Of a stretch of 64,000 nt of DNA, positions 10,101-25,300 are shown piece after piece. Location of the stretch: contig OZ316894.1 in the NCBI GenBank assembly GCA_973895155.1, positions 9,523,440-9,587,439 of the forward strand, in the 5' to 3' direction. This DNA is from Marsupella aquatica. Its lineage: Eukaryota; Plantae; Marchantiophyta. A program made the position numbers and the translations under genes. The notes below the pieces were generated by a model that saw only the letters and a list, made by a program, of their open reading frames with translations, was not told where the DNA came from and did no database searches. The number at the start of each line of letters is the position of its first letter. Within the stretch, counting starts at the first letter, position 1.

Positions 10101-12845
10101 ATGGGATTCAGTGGAACAGCTATTTCTAGTAGAATTCATTGAGCAGCTGGATGTCTATACAAACTGATTGCCTGTCGTTCAATCTCATTCCCGGGACCCA
10201 GTCCTGTGTTTAGCCCAAGCAGACCATGAAGTCCCCATACAATGTGGGTGTAAGCTAGTGAAAAGTTTGGATAAGCGACGACCTGCAAACGCTTCGCGAG
10301 CTCCTTGGTGTATAGAATCTGTGCGAGCTTTGATTGGCCATAATTCTTCAACAACGCACCTAATGGAGCTCTACAAGAAGACAAGTTCATTACATTAACT
10401 CCTGTGAGTCCCAATCGAGGTCCCAATTCGGGAAATCCCTCCGAGAAGATATTAGAACTAGCACTATGAGGAACCTGGCCACATTCAGTCATTAATATTC
10501 CAAGGACAACTCAAGAGCCCTCGACTCAAATCCACTAAGTTTCTCTGAAATGCGCGACTGACTGCTCTATTTGAAGAAAGTCAAACTCTCAGCTCTTCAA
10601 GAGTATCACCGTGACCCCCAGAACGTTGTTTTGGAAAGCTAATTCGGTTGACAATTATTAAAACAGACGTTTAAACTGCAAAACAGTGATGAATGTTTTA
10701 GCCCATACCCTTCAGTAGTAGGCTTGTCGGGTCTGTAAATGTCATCAAAGTTAATGCCTCCTTCTTGAGCAAATGCTTGATGGGCATCAGATGCCACATT
10801 GACTATCCTCCCCTCCATCCCAGATTCGGTGGCTGTATCTTTCAGTTTATCCAGCAGCAGAGACGTGAGTAGGACATGACCTACAGTTGACGCAGGCGAA
10901 GTGTCCTGGTTAAGAGTTGTGAAAAGGCCACCATCACGAGCGACGTAGTCCAATTCACGTTGACTGACCGCTGAAGCAGTGCAGATGACTCAGGTTCCAA
11001 GCTTCAAAGTGTCACCTTCGTTGATTACGATGCACAGAAGGCTTACGTACTATGGGACTGAATGTGAAGGAGAACCGCACACCAACTCGAAGGGATTCAA
11101 GTGCTCGTAGATTCCATCGAACCAATTTTCTTAAATTCTTGAATTCCCATGCTTACCGAGATGCTTACCAAGATAATTTGTGGCAAAATCTAATTCTATG
11201 CCATCAACAGAATATTCGACCGTTCGTGACGCAATCCCAGCATTACATCTGCACAAACCGCACGAGAAGAACATCAAGGATGGAAGATATTGGAAAGACT
11301 ATCTTCAAAATCGGTGAATTAACGATCATTTGGATGCAATTGACGAACTTCAATGCCTTAGCGAACAATTGGATTCAGTTAACGAAGAGTTGGATGAACA
11401 TAGATGGTACTGACGATGACTCAGTAAGAATTGGCTTGAATTGCGATGAAATTGACACATGATTAAATCTCTAGTCCACGTAATTGCAAGCGCTTCAAAT
11501 CTTGACATTGGTTGTAGCTTACACCAAAACATTTAATGGTACATCAAGTGCCAAAAACTCCTTCCCAGCTGTTCTCACAGATTCCAATGAGGCTAGGTCA
11601 ATCTTCAAGAGATCGATTCTAGCACTGGGAATCTCCTTCACAATCCCCTCCTTCACCTCGTCGGCAGCCTTAAGATTTCGCGCTGCAAGGTAAACATGCG
11701 CCCCTCGTTTTGCCAATACACGGACTGTTTCTTTTCCTAGGCCATTTGTGCCACCTGCAAACCGTGCAATTTATGATTCAAAACACAAAGGGGACGATCT
11801 TCAAAGTTGAGAAGATGGGCTCTTTGTCGACATATCACCGACTCACCATTCAAGGTCAGGACCAAGGCATTTGTTTCCCTTGATGCTGTTTTCGTTTCTT
11901 CTCTAATTCCGTGAGTGTTGTGTGCACTAAGTTCCAAACTAAAACTCGGGCTGGTGCACATATAGCATTATTTATTCTGCTCCGACAAAGTCTCCATTCC
12001 CTTAGCTGGCTATGTGGCACTTGGACACAATCTGGCCAAATGTTATATAGCAAGGTCTGAATGAAACAGCTCCTTTGAAGGTCGATAATATCGATCTTCG
12101 ATTGTGTGCCTCCAAGAGAGATCCAGCCCAAAATATGTCCACGGTGAGGAATAGGGTGATCTCCACTGCGTCATCAAGTCTCGCATCACGTGCTCGGGTA
12201 AATCCTCACGTGAGGGACCTATGATGCCTCGTTCACTCCATTATCCATGTCTGTTTCTTGGTCTCTCCTACATCCGAACGTCTGTGGGTAGAAATCCGTC
12301 TCCACTCTCGTGACCAAGCGAGAAATCAAATCCTTAAATATGATCTGAAAATTCCACACCATTGCGTAGGACGCGGCTTTAGCCAAATTAAGCATCTACA
12401 CGTTACTTTGCATCATCTATGCTGATGTAAAGACAGTACTCTCAACATGTCACGCGATCCCTCGCGACAATTCTGTCGTCTCACTGATGCATTAACGGTT
12501 AGCATCACGATTTGGAGACCCCCAACTTCGTGGACACCCATTGCTGGACAACTTAGTTCAAGCACGAGGACCAAGCGTAGAAGGATGCGATCTAGAGTGG
12601 CATTTACAGTAAATCACTCGATCAATTAATTAATAGAACACTAGCGAACTATATAAATCGAGCAGCCTCACAGACGGCAATGCGCGGGTCGGCGAGAGAG
12701 TGAATTGACCGATGCTTGCAGATAATATTGAAACAAAAACATTTTCGAACGTTCAATGACAATTTATTACGGCACCTGTAACTATAATGGTGAGATGACT
12801 TGCATCAATTCCTTCCGTCAATTGCTCGGCAGTCAGCCTCCCCAT
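7167..12845 (-). CDS. Short-chain dehydrogenase/reductase, TIC32-like / retinol dehydrogenase-like (7-8 exons)
   Basis: Exons read by hand with GT-AG borders: 12845-12776 ([23 protein letters not shown]), 11754-11523 (GGTNGLG Rossmann motif), 11248-11169 (CNAGI...FATNYLG), 10880-10709 ([10 protein letters not shown]...GRIVNVAS), 10370-10283 (catalytic YGQSK), 10009-9919 ([10 protein letters not shown]), 9795-9749, 7331-7167 (GITGKYF...KLWDFS). The frame is maintained across all junctions. Confidence 0.92.
7484..9390. mobile_element. Non-autonomous TIR DNA transposon in the last SDR intron
   Basis: Perfect 15-bp TIRs CTCGGGGGTCTCACT (7484-7498, 9376-9390) and a perfect 8-bp TSD ATCAATTG (7476-7483, 9391-9398). 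No transposase ORF. Confidence 0.9.
7785..8930. repeat. Internal repeats of the TIR element: ~430-bp direct duplication plus CAGCT/CAGCCC-rich and GCACTCCCGTTAGCA microrepeats
   Basis: AACCCGATCGCCAACA...GCAGCCCAAATCC...CCCGATTCATAGCACTTC occurs at ~7788-8182 and ~8226-8560; GCACTCCCGTTAGC is repeated at 8860-8915. Confidence 0.85.
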
Positions 12846-15800
12846 TTCCTTCCCCACTGAGAACTTTCTCTCCTGTTACCTTGATTTGCGTCTTCCTTGC
12901 AGATCACGCTGTGAAGCCAAAGCCAACAGTTCACAGACACACGATTTCATGCAGCTCGAAAGAGTCAATCAGCACTTCGAGGAGACTCAATCTCATGCAA
13001 CTCCAAAGAGAAAATCGATGAATCAACCTCGTGGAGATGGCAGATTCACAAAGCCTGAAATCTTCGATGATTTGTATAGAAGGATGGGGAACGGAAAATA
13101 TAGACAGCAGAGTCACGAGGATTGGGATTTGGGACCTTGAGAGTTTGCCATGCGCACGAAAAGAAAATCAAATTGAAATGACTATCAGGCCTGACGACTG
13201 ATGGGTGAAGTGAATGTAGTCTCATCTACAACCCACCAGTGCATAGATACAACCCACCAGTGTACCTTGCCCTCAACGTCAACACTCGCATCCTCAACAC
13301 CTTGCCTTGCCATGATCCGTGTCTCACCCTCGCCATCTCTGGGTGCATTGGGCTCATCATGGACTCATATGGATAATTGGCTGCAATTGTAAATAGTTTG
13401 TTCTGCATGGGACACTATGCTGTGGTCTTTGTCTGTAGAGAGTATTATTCTCTTTCATGATGCGCATCATGAATATAGCATTATCATAACAATGTTTGTT
13501 TACAGGGGATCATGCATCTTTCTAAAGCCAGATGTTGATTTTTCTTCCAAGAATGTCTTCTAGTTTGAGAGTCAACTTGATAATGCTTCTAGTTTGATAG
13601 TCAACTTCGTCACAAGAAAGCATAAATGCGAAAATCCTAAAATATACTAGAATGATCCTAAAATTAAGGAAGAATTTATAGTCTTGGGACAAACTGTTTC
13701 TTTGGTTTGGGAATGAGCTTCAAGATTGCTTACTTTATATGTTTTCCTTAGTAAGTCCTTCAAAAATAGCTTAGTGAGACTTAAGAGGCCACCCTCAATG
13801 GTTTGTCTTTGCATGTACAGTAGCTACTGGGTATTTCCCAAAAGCATTAAAAGGAACATACTGACGTGTACTCTGGATTTCAGACTACCTTAGGTTTATC
13901 AGGTTGGCCCAAAAGATAAATAACTATTAATATATTCAGGTCTTAAAAAATAATCTAGATATTTACTCATGGCATTGCTCTATAATTTGAAAGGTAGAAA
14001 CATTAACTTTTTGCAATGGCCTCTATGGTAATTCAACACCTCTTACACCTCTTAATGAGTCCCCATGTGTGACCTCTCTATCTAAGATATGCAGTGGTTC
14101 TCTTTCTTCTTCTCATGGTCTGTTTATGAATGTCATTTTGGCAGAAAGTCATGACCTGGACCTAAAGGTGACAATGTAGACCTCTCCACACCCAAGGACC
14201 TAAAGGTGACAGTGGAGACCTCTTCCACCCCCAACCAATTTAAATCAACGTTACTTATGATTGACAAGTGTGCAATGCACCAGCTTTGGGCTAGACCGGT
14301 GGGATTGTTCTTAGATTGTCCATTTGTTTGCCTCCAAAAGAGAGAATCAGCCAACAATGAACTTATGTCCACAGCGAGGAAGGGGATGGCTAATCTCCAT
14401 GAGGGACCTATGTTGCCTCGTTCTCTCCAATGTCGATTTCTGTTTCTGGTCTCCAAGCGGATCGCCAGGACATCCCAAATTCTTTTGGCAGAAATCCATC
14501 ACCACCCTCCACTCTGGGTGATCAAGCGAGTACTAAGCATTTCTCAATACTTATCTGGGAATTCAACGCAATTGCCTTGGATGTGGCTTGAACCATATGC
14601 TACAGACTGTCTCTCGTGGACCATCCACAGCTTTGCAATTCCGTCTCCATGGCTGCCAGTGTCTGGCATAGGTAATAACCGGCACTGCTGCAGACCTTGC
14701 CTCCTCTTCAGGCCTCATTGTCTGGCCCAAATTGAAACTGATCTGTGGGTGCCTTTGCCATCCTCTTCAACCTCCTTCCACTGCTTCGAAACAACCTCCC
14801 TCTCTGCAAGCTCATCAAATTATTCCAGAGACGAGAATTCATCAATTGCTAGCGATGTGTTCTCCAGAATTTTGGAAAAGATAACCTTCAGACTGTATCA
14901 TTTAATTTGTGATAGAGAGGTCAGGTGAGAAGCACTGGTATTGTGTTACCTGTAGAGTACATCGACCGGCGACAGACGAACGTAAGTATGAAATGCTGGG
15001 AAGTCGCCATGTCTCATGATATTGCACGAGCAGCTTTTCCGTTATTTAAGTTGTGCTCACTTGGACTAGAGTTACGTGTATCAGATAACCGGTGGCTTTA
15101 TGCTTAAGAAGTTATTTTCTAGTTATAGATAGCTCTATTGTGCTCTGGATTGCTTTCAGAATTCGAGGATTCTTTATTGGGGAATTGTCTGGGACGCTAG
15201 CAGAGTCGATTAGCTGAATCGCGTGACCCAATCCTCACTCTGGGTAGGACAATGTCCGCCATTGTTGATGTAAAATGCAGCTGTGGATTCTTGAGCATCC
15301 TTCTTTCGGGGAAAAACTAAAGCTTCTTCCCTACTATTCTTCAAGTGAGAAAAGGAAATATGTCAGAAGGCAAGGATTTCGCTCCAAACTGCATCCAGTT
15401 CAAGAACAGAAGAATGTACAGAGAAAGAGAGCGAGGTCTTGAACGATTGATAGTCACGAGATATCCATTCTGTGGCCCAGTGTCTGTTTTCAGCACAACT
15501 TGCAGGATTGATTCGAAGACGAAATCATAAACCATTCCTCTGTCTTCATCCCTTTTTTGTTGAACTCAAAGGCAGCCTCTAATATATTGTGTAGAAGTTA
15601 ATTTAGTATAGTTTTGCTTCATCCCAGGGCACAGACCTCCTGTCTCCGTACATCTTTGTCTCTTGTCTTCCTTCATTATATCTCCTTGTGATCAGTCTGA
15701 TTTTAAAGGTCTGTGCTTTAAGGAGAGTTACTGAATCTTGGCTTGCTGGGCTGTGTAAATTCTTACAGGGCACAAACCATAACCCTAAGGAAAGAGAGCG

Positions 15801-18800
15801 AATGAAGAGCAATCAAACAAACAATGATTCTGTGCACTAAAAAATAAAAAAAATTACAGTCATTCCACGAGAGTCTAATTGTAGATTACGAGCTGTTCTT
15901 ACAAAGCATTGAGCGCGTTAGAAATCCATCCAACGACATAGGCTCCGTCTAATGCAGCGAGTTGCTCTGAAACTGAACAGGCTACGCGCAAGTAAGCAGC
16001 GAGTCAAATAATCTGTAGGGAACAGACCTCAAGAACACGTTTCTAGCCGGAGAGTTTTTTCTGGGAGAACTTCGGTGAGGAAAGAGATAAAAAAGTGATA
16101 ACTCATTCTCTTGGCTCAACTAAACACTCGAAGATCCTTTTTCGAACCTGTATTCACCGTTGATAAATACATGAAAAAAAAATCTTTTCAGAAGAGCTCT
16201 CAAAGATTTCAGGTTCAAGGAGCTGGCGAACAGGCGAAGCTTTCAACACTCACCTTTTTCTCATTGTACTTTCAGAGGCCATTCACAGTGCGTCAAAATC
16301 CCTCCAATGGCAATCCCTTGATCCCTTCGTCTACGGCCGCCGAGGGATTCAATTCATGGCTGTTTCATGACACATCGATTACGAGGTTCAAATCAGTACC
16401 TATGTACAACCGCGGCGCACCGCCCTGCTATGAAATCGACGACCGATCTAAGAGCATCCGCAATTCCGCACAGGGAGAATTAGTCTGTCCAACAACAGCC
16501 CTCAAAATAATGATATCTGTGAGGTACGCTTAGCGGCCCACCCTACCAGCGTACTAGCTCAACTTCCTCTTCCGCGAAAGTGCGAAACAGCGCACTGTAC
16601 AGGTTCGCGAAAGGAACGAAACGCAAAGCCTGCGAAGGTTCCACCTAAAAAGCTACAGTTGACAGTTGTATACGCGTTCGTTATTCGAGGAAAACCGCGT
16701 ACGGAGAAATGAGTTACAACTTACAAACGCCATCAGTCCATCGCGAGAGGTACTGCCTCGTTGGCTTTTCGGGTGGTGACAGGGGAATAGTTGTTACATC
16801 GCCAGAGCTACTCGATCGCTGTCGTTTCCGGTGGTACTACCGTAGCTAGTAGAGCCAGCAGCGAGGGTGTGGTCCGTGAGATGACTGCGTTTGCTATGCA
16901 GCTCCCTCAATCACTCGAGAAAGTTACACAACAGAGCGGCTATGTCCTTGATCATCAGACATTCAGACCCGCTCACCGCCCATTTTAAATCCGGAAGCCG
17001 TCGAGCTGACTAATCTGGGCCTGCAGGGGATCACGGATTTACGGAATGGAGAACGTGGGCCCGCTTGAGAGCTCCTTCGCTGAGCGTTGGGACTTGTCAC
17101 AGTGGTTGATTTTTGAATTTCGATCCCGTATCGCCGTTTCATAGCTCTTGGAATGATGAGAGCAGGACTGTAGTGGCCTACACTGCTAGACACTCTTGCG
17201 CAGGAGCCGTCCTGAGACTGGTGCACTGTAGCCTGCCCATTCAAGACTAGCATCATCAGGTCGGCAGCATGGGCACCTGGTCTGCCGTCTGCGTGTTCAG
17301 TTGGCCCAAGCTTCTGCCAAAACAAGAGTCCAATCGAAACCTTGGTAGCCCAACCTTCTCTGAAAAGAAGAGTCTAACTGAAATCTTCCCCAAGGCAAAG
17401 GAAAAAGCGTCCGAGTGAAATCTTTGATTTGGGGCCCAATCTTCTGTGAAAAGAAGAGCCCAAGTGAAATCTTTCAAGGCCAACAGAGGAGTCTAAAGTA
17501 ATTCCTTGCCATTAGAATACAAAAATCGGACATGGATAGAATGATCAATTGATGGTCAATTGACGGTCCTTTGCGGCCTTGCATCTCAAGATATCGGAAA
17601 TAATTTGGGTTCTGATGACTTTCCCTGTCAGCCAATGGCTCAACTGATGATCAAGCTTCGACTGCAAAGGGCCCAGCTGGAGAGGCTGCATGACTGCAAT
17701 GCAAGTAGTAATTACAGGACAGGAACAAACAGCTTGAGTGGCAACTGGCAAGGAGATTATTTTACTGCGGCAACATTGACATACATCTGACAAAATCACT
17801 TGATGTTTTCGCGTCTGTTCACTCGTCAACGCGTCGATACAAAATGAGGCTCGGAACTTTTCAGAATCTCAACCCAACATCTACAGTAAACAATTTGAAA
17901 GCATTGTCAGACGCCTTGCGGAGCAAATTTTCCCTCCAAGGGAATCACGTCACTTCCTCATCAGCACAAGTGCAGTGAGAATTGTGAGCTTGGTCAGAAA
18001 TTTATACAGCGCGTTGCTCAGTTGCTGTACTTGGCACTTGATCAAAGTACAGAACAGTAGCTTCAGCGAATTGGCGAGCAGCTCGTTATTGTACTTGGCA
18101 ATTTATCTACGACAATAGTAGATGACTATGTTCGTTGTTGTTCCAGAGTCAGTTCCGTATTTTGAGAGAGGCTGGCCCCCTAAGAGCTTGAGGTATTGTA
18201 TAATGCTAGCAAACAAGAATTTTGTGAGCTTGAGACATTGTATAATGCGAGCGAACAAGAATTTTGTTAGTAGGGGGAATGTTGTAGAGAGTGTTGTTAG
18301 CAATTAAATTTCTTTTGCTTTTTGCTACCTTGTATATATTTTATGTTTTTTTATGACTCCAAATGACTAGCGAGTTACTGTAGCTAACAGAGAGGAGTTC
18401 CAAAAATGTATGTTATCAACCGGTTTTTTGTTAGCTAGGCAGTTGGATAAAGAAAATTTCAGCTCATGTGAGGAAAACTTTTCTCATGCTAGGAAAATCT
18501 TTACTATTTCCTCACAAGCTACAACCTAAGAGCTTCTCCAAAGGTTATGGGTTTTGTTATTGTAAAGAGTAAATACTACTCACTACTGTACCTAAGTACC
18601 ATATATCTTCGACGAATGTCTAAGGGCATGTCTCTTTTGTGTAGAGACAGGCTTTATCCTAACTTTTTGTCCTCAGTGTTTTCTTCAGACAAAGGGAATT
18701 TGTTGCAATTAATTAGTCTCACGAATTCACTATTCTTTCTAAGCTGAGGCTCCTTGGTGTCTCAGGCATTCACTCCTCTTTCTAAGGTAAGGCTTCACTT

Positions 18801-19343
18801 TCTTTCTAACGTAAGGCTCTGGTTGTAAGGTATCTTGACAAATTCTTTTGTGGATTATTCTCTAGCTTTACCGGACTTTTGACCACAATTGAAAGGCCAA
18901 GAGGCTTCTCGCCAGAATGACATTTAGTGAATAGACCATGAAAAAGAAAAAGTGGGATTGCATGTTTATGTAAATGACCAGGACAGGGGTAGTAGTATAA
19001 GGAACACCTCCATTCCAGAATTAGGACGTAATTTTATAAATTTTAGGGGTATTTCAGTACATGTGGCATCTTTGTGGGGGTAATTTGGTCATTTTCCCAG
19101 GTTTTAAACAAAGATAAGGGACATTTAATGCAAGAGAAAATTAGAATATCCATGGAGGTTGATTGGGGTCTACCAATTTGCTCCGACTGAGTAAAGAATT
19201 TGCCACACATACATAGTGAGAAAACTCAATCTCTTCATTTGTAAAATGTACACTACAAAGGTAAGAGATCAATGTGTAACCAGCATGGGACTGTAGAATC
19301 ACACTTATCTGTTTGATCTAGAGCACCTGCAATCACCATGGCA

Positions 19344-22300
19344 TTAACCCAAAGTGCTTGCACTTCGGCGATTATTGTCTACATCCTTTGAGCTACTTCT
19401 AGAAGCAGAGATAGACCGCTTCTGCAACATTGCAACCTTTGCCACGTCCCCCTTATAATTGCGGTCCCATTTTTGTTCACTTATGAACCTAGAATTCTCA
19501 AACTTTGCAGTGTCATTCTTTTGTTTTGGTTTGAGCCAATCTGATATCCCCTGAATCAAGGCCAAATATTGCATTTTAGTGTTCAATTGCACCTAACTGC
19601 AAAAGAAAGAAGGAATGGAGTCAAAGTCATGTATTTCAAGCTTTTATTCTTGATTGAGCAGCATTCAAGGAAACTTTTCTAACAGATCCGGACCCAAGAC
19701 CAGATATCTGAATTTGCTCTAGACTAGATTCATTTATGCTGGTCTAGCAAGTGTAGACTTCCTGTAAAAATGAATGACCTGTTGAAGAATCAGGGGAGCA
19801 GTGTTTCCAAAAATCTTGTTATAATTCTCTTCACGGTTGCACAACTCCAGCTGTAGTTGGTTTGTTCTACCTGCCATTAGCATGGTATAGTGAAAATTCC
19901 CCCATCAATTTATCAGAATCCGAATTAAACCTACAGTACAGTCTGCTTTCTAGGGCTGTTGCATTTTAAACCACTGGACAACAACTCATTGGCTATCAGA
20001 AGTGTAAGTGATAAATGAGGTAAAACCATGTAGACCCACCATTGAGCTTAGTGATAGTAACATCTTTCTGCTCGCACGTCAATTCTAAGTTTGATATGCG
20101 AGCAACATCTTCTACTCTGGATTCTCTGTTCACAAACCTTTTCTGCCATTTTAACACACTGGCATCAGGAAGTGAAATTGTCTATGTACTGTCAGGTTGA
20201 TACAGACTTCATGTAAATAATTGACATAGGATACATGCCACCAACATTATGAAAATATCAACATGACTTGAGAACCACTATCAGTGATCAATCCCTCCCA
20301 AATATCTCAACATCGATCCTGCCTTGTTCACTGGATAAGCAAAGGCTTTGCAGTACTTTAGTCAAAACAATGTTCAGTCCAAGGAGGTCATATCCAAAGC
20401 TTGGAATCTCAGTTTGTTAACATGATAGCAAATTGTTAGTTTCAATGCATATTTGAGGAGGTTTTTTTGCATTTGTTGGTCATGAGGAGAACATATTAAG
20501 TGCTTGACTTTAGTAAATTACAGCATCACAGAAGCTCTAGTCTTGCTATCATTATTTATTTCAGATCATCATTCTCTTGCTATGGCAAACTCATCCACAT
20601 AGTAACAACCTGAAGCTTTTCAAGTTTCTTCTCCAGGTCAATCTGTTTCTCCATCATTTTCACCTTCAAAAGTGAACCAAGGTGTCACTCGTTCAGAAAC
20701 TTGCAGCTGGTTAGTTCTTACTAAGGTAGGCTGAACCATGAAATCAAGAAAATGTGTCTAAGAAAATGATGTAATTTGCCTCTAAGATCATGCTTTGTGA
20801 TCAAGTTCTTACCGTTACTCTCTCCATCTCCACACATGAAGATTCCAATTCCAGTTTTTGCTTCTCTTGCAATTCTTCAACCAAAGCTGCTCCCTCTTTT
20901 TGGACCTCAGTCAACTCAATTCTCTGCCTGTCCAACCTGGATTGATATCACCACCTTCTTAGAATAAGACGGTTTGATAACATGTTCACAATAAGGACTG
21001 GACCGCTGCTCAAGAACCCCAAGAAATAAAATAGAACTGTAGAAAGGAGAAAGATAGTACATTTCACAAAGTTCTGTTTTGTGCTTGGTCTTTAGATCTA
21101 GCACAAGGATTTTATGAGTCTCATCCATCCTGGAAATATCTTGCGACAACCGGTGAAACTTTTCATCCTATAAATATCCCACACCACAGTTACTCACAAC
21201 TCTGGCAAAAAAACTCTTTCACTATCATTACACTATGCCCACTGGAGATGTTTAAGTAGGATACACACACTTCCTCAAATAGACCATTCAAAAGTTAAAT
21301 AATCATTAGTTTTACAAAGGACTGATGTAAATCATTTCTGCACTAATTGCGAGCCACTTTAGGGTGCACATTCGAGGTTTAAGTGAAAAATTGAAAAGGA
21401 AAAAAAAAAACAATCTCAAAACTACATCATGCCTATGATGGGATTAATCGTAGCTGAAGCTGCTTTATTGCACTCATAGTACATTTGTCTTTCTTTCCAT
21501 GTACGCATTTTTGCACTTGTCTTTATTTGCATGTAGAACACATTTTCATAGTTGTCTTTCTTTTTGCATGATTGTTTGAAAGCATTAAACTGGTATACAT
21601 TACAATGATCATGCAAAGAATGACAAGAGTGAAAGTGTATACTACTTCCAAAATAGAGTTCTTTGCTCTCATATGACATGCTTGCAATGCAAGGTTCAAA
21701 GGAGACAAACAATCCAGTTGGTTTTATTTATGGAAAAAGGGAAGGAAAGGACTAGGCTTTCTTAATATGTCAGGACTTTGGACAGTAAATCCTCCAACCT
21801 CAAGAAGAACAACTTGATAAGGGACTAAGCTCTTTCCTTAGGCCTTGCTGAAGGCGTATGGTACAAGAAGTGAAATAATCTCAGTTTGTTACCTTGTCAG
21901 TGATTGACACCTCCAATTCAGAAATGTGGGCTTTCAACTTGCTAGTCATTATCTTGTGGTCTTGTAGCATCTGCACAAAATATCATTTTATGGGTTAAAA
22001 AAATTGGATCTGTGTTAAGAGTCTGAGGCAACACACAGGCACCATCTTCACACTCTTTGCCTTGAAGGTAGGAGATAAATTATTTAATCGTATGACTGAC
22101 CATCCAAACCTGGCAAACTGCCTACTAGTTATTTGAACTCCCCTAAACTAGTTATAACTAAAAATGTAGAAAATCAGTACATTGTTCTTCTCTTCTGCTG
22201 CAGCAAATAATAATGACTTCCGAAGCTCCTCCATTTCACCATCCCGTTCAATTCTCGACAATGTCTCTTCATCATCCAACCTGCGCTTCCAGTGCTTCTC

Positions 22301-25300
22301 CACAAGTTCTAGCTTTTGCTTCCAACCTTCTTCAGTGGTTGAAAGCTTTTGTCTAAAAGTTGCATGTACGTCCCGCAGCTCTTGCGCATGATTGCGCTCT
22401 AGTTTTTCAATCTGCTGGGTATGATCCTCTTCCAATTGATCCAGCTCTCGATTCAACCTTTCTGTACATGATGTCAAAGCTTGGGCATGTGCCTGATCAC
22501 ATCTTTTCAACTCTGCTTCTGCCGCTTCTTTTTGATCCTAAGACCAGAGCACAAACTTCAACAGTTTAAGTACTGCTAGATATAGAGAGTTCTATAAACA
22601 ATGATGAATCTTTGGAGCCAGTATATCTTCACTCAGACCTTGATTACGGCAAGGTGGGATCGGAGGAGTTTGTCATATTTCTTTTTCAACTCGTCTAGTG
22701 AGTCTTTTTGTTCTCGTAACTCCTTGTCAAACTCCAACCTCATCAATTCCATTTCTTCATTCAACTCCAGTTTGTTTCTCTGTAGGCAGTTCTTTAGCCG
22801 AGTCCTCTCTTCCACCACCTCGGCATTCTGAATAGCAGAGCAAAAAATTTGAAATATCATTGCAAGACTTGAACTTCAAAACTAAGCATAAGGGGGCTAC
22901 TGTACTTCAATTACTGTTATCAAGAATCAATGGACTATTCATAAAATTGGCTTTTGGTTTTGTAGTTGGAATATATATGAAGCCACTGACAGGGGGTGTC
23001 AATCACCTTTTGGGACTCAATAGCTAGGCGCAAGTTTGACAGTTCCACCTACACATGACAAGTAAAATAAGTGAGACATCATTTGGCTTCAAATAACAAA
23101 GTAACCATTCTAGTTCTGTATTGTGGTGCTGAAGAAGTAAGGGTTTAGGGTTTAATGTTTACCTCATGTCCCTGTAAAAGTTGTTCTGTAGCAAGATTGT
23201 GCTCATCCTTTGACCTCTGAAAGTCATCCTTACACCTGCATATTCCTCCAGGCAGGATAAAGTTTGAGCTACCTCAATGGTAGACAACTAGACATAGCTA
23301 GATCATTACATCACAGATAAATTTTTAAAGGACAGAAATCAAAACATTCTCGTGTATATAATGGTGACAAAAATGCGGCAAATCGGATTATCCCAAAGTA
23401 AACTCAGTACGGGCAATGAGAAACTACCAAATACTAGCATGATTGTAGAGGAAGGCCAACACCTCACATTATCGTTGGGCAAGAGTACTAAGTTAAATCA
23501 AATCTTAGAATATAACTGGAAACAGAAAGCACTAATTGCAAAGAAAAAATCAGCCTTATCACAAGGTGAAGGAAGAACTTTACTGTTGTATCTGTGTTGT
23601 GTAGGTTTTAGTAATACTAATGACAACATTACTATGTGCCCGCTCTTGTTCAGATATAGCTTGCTTGAGATGTTTGACAATCTCTTCATGTTGCTCCATA
23701 CTAGCTGCGTGCTTTGTTTCAGCCAGTGCACGAGACCACAAAATGTTAGGATTTTATAGTAGCCAGCCTATTTCCTATGACAAGAAAACCTAATTGTTAA
23801 TATTAAGCTATCCTTTCAACCATTTCATATCCAGCATGTGATAAATGTTAACAATGCATGATTGGAAACATGAGAGCACTTGTCAAGGAAAATGCCTAGA
23901 ACAGAGTATGTCATAGGGCATCTTCAAACACATCCAGCTAAAGGAGTGCACAACACCATCAGAGAGATTTTCTATGCTCTCCAGGTGAGCTACCAGGTGA
24001 GCTCCACTAACATTCTTGCTAACATTGTAGAGAACTGTTTGCAAATTCAGGCAAGACAAGTAGGATAAACTTTAAGTCGCAGCTATAGCACCAAAACAGA
24101 GAGTTATTGATATGCTTTGTACACTTGAGGTACTGTGCGCATACCTCTTTGGTGAGATTAACCATTGCACTTTCAAGAGTAGAACATTTTTCCTCAGTTT
24201 CTTTCAATAGTTTTTGCTGAGTAGACCCAATCTGTCACAAGAGCAGAACTTACAGAATACTTATTTGAAGACGACTCAATTATCTAAGTATTCAGATTCC
24301 ATTATTCACATTATATGGAAGCATTATGTCTGCTCTGTAAGGTATTTGAGCTCGGAGTCTGCATCTTTTGACTTGAACTATATAACTAACTTTTGAGGAA
24401 AATGAGCAGGATTTGTCATATTCCCATATTCTGAAATCGGAAGACCTACAGTCCAAAATCTCTATACTAGCCACTAATTGAATGACCAAGCAGCTACAGT
24501 AGCTAGCCAAGGATAATGGCCACCAAAGGACGAAACTGTTGCTAACTTTTGAGAAAAATGAGCAGGAGTTGTGAGATTCTCAGCCAATTCTGAACTCACG
24601 CGACCTACAGTCCAAATGCTCTCTAGTAGCCACTAATCCCAATGACCAATGGGATCAAGCAGGTAGCTAGCCAAGGATAATAGAGCAACAAAGGGCTTAA
24701 ACTATTGCTAGCTTTTGAGATAAAACGAGTAGGATTTGTCGTACTCCCGAAGTACAGTTCAAATCCACTTATCCCAATGACCACTGTACATGATCACATT
24801 GGATGGCAAACTTATTTGGAGGTTAAAAAACGCACAATCATGGGTTTTCATGTAAGTTCCATCTCGCTTTGTGTGCATAGATGGTGAGCAACTTCGTGCC
24901 CATTTCGAGTTCCATCCCCAACAGTAGCCCCTTATCCTAGGTTTTCATCTGGCTTACTAAGGTAGATTGTAATCTAATATTGCAATGTTATAGGTAACAC
25001 AATAATAATATAATAGTCATGCAAGAGAGTACTTACTTGCCTAGACAGCTTTGAATGTTTCAATACTTGTTTCGACAAAGATCCGAATTCCTCCTCGAGA
25101 TTTGAGCTTGAACTTTCTAGAGAGTTCAGCCTTTCCATCCATGTACTCACCTGTAATGGAGCACACCTTTCAGTAAACAAAAACAATTTGTGGACAGTTA
25201 TACTATTATAGGAGATAAATGTCACAATTTTGGAGCATGATTCAAACCTTTGTATCATAGCTCAACAATTGTGACAAAGATTTTTTCTCCTGCTCTTCCA

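Noticed and set aside
14133-18310. Several 60-240-aa ORFs (e.g. 14206-14928, 16963-17325)
   Set aside because: No recognisable domains, unnatural composition and no consistent exon chain. A stop-interrupted coding-like frame at ~14650-14890 (minus) was too weak to name.
23141-23155. Telomere-like GGGTTTAGGGTTTA
   Set aside because: Only two units, within an intron; not an interstitial telomeric array.
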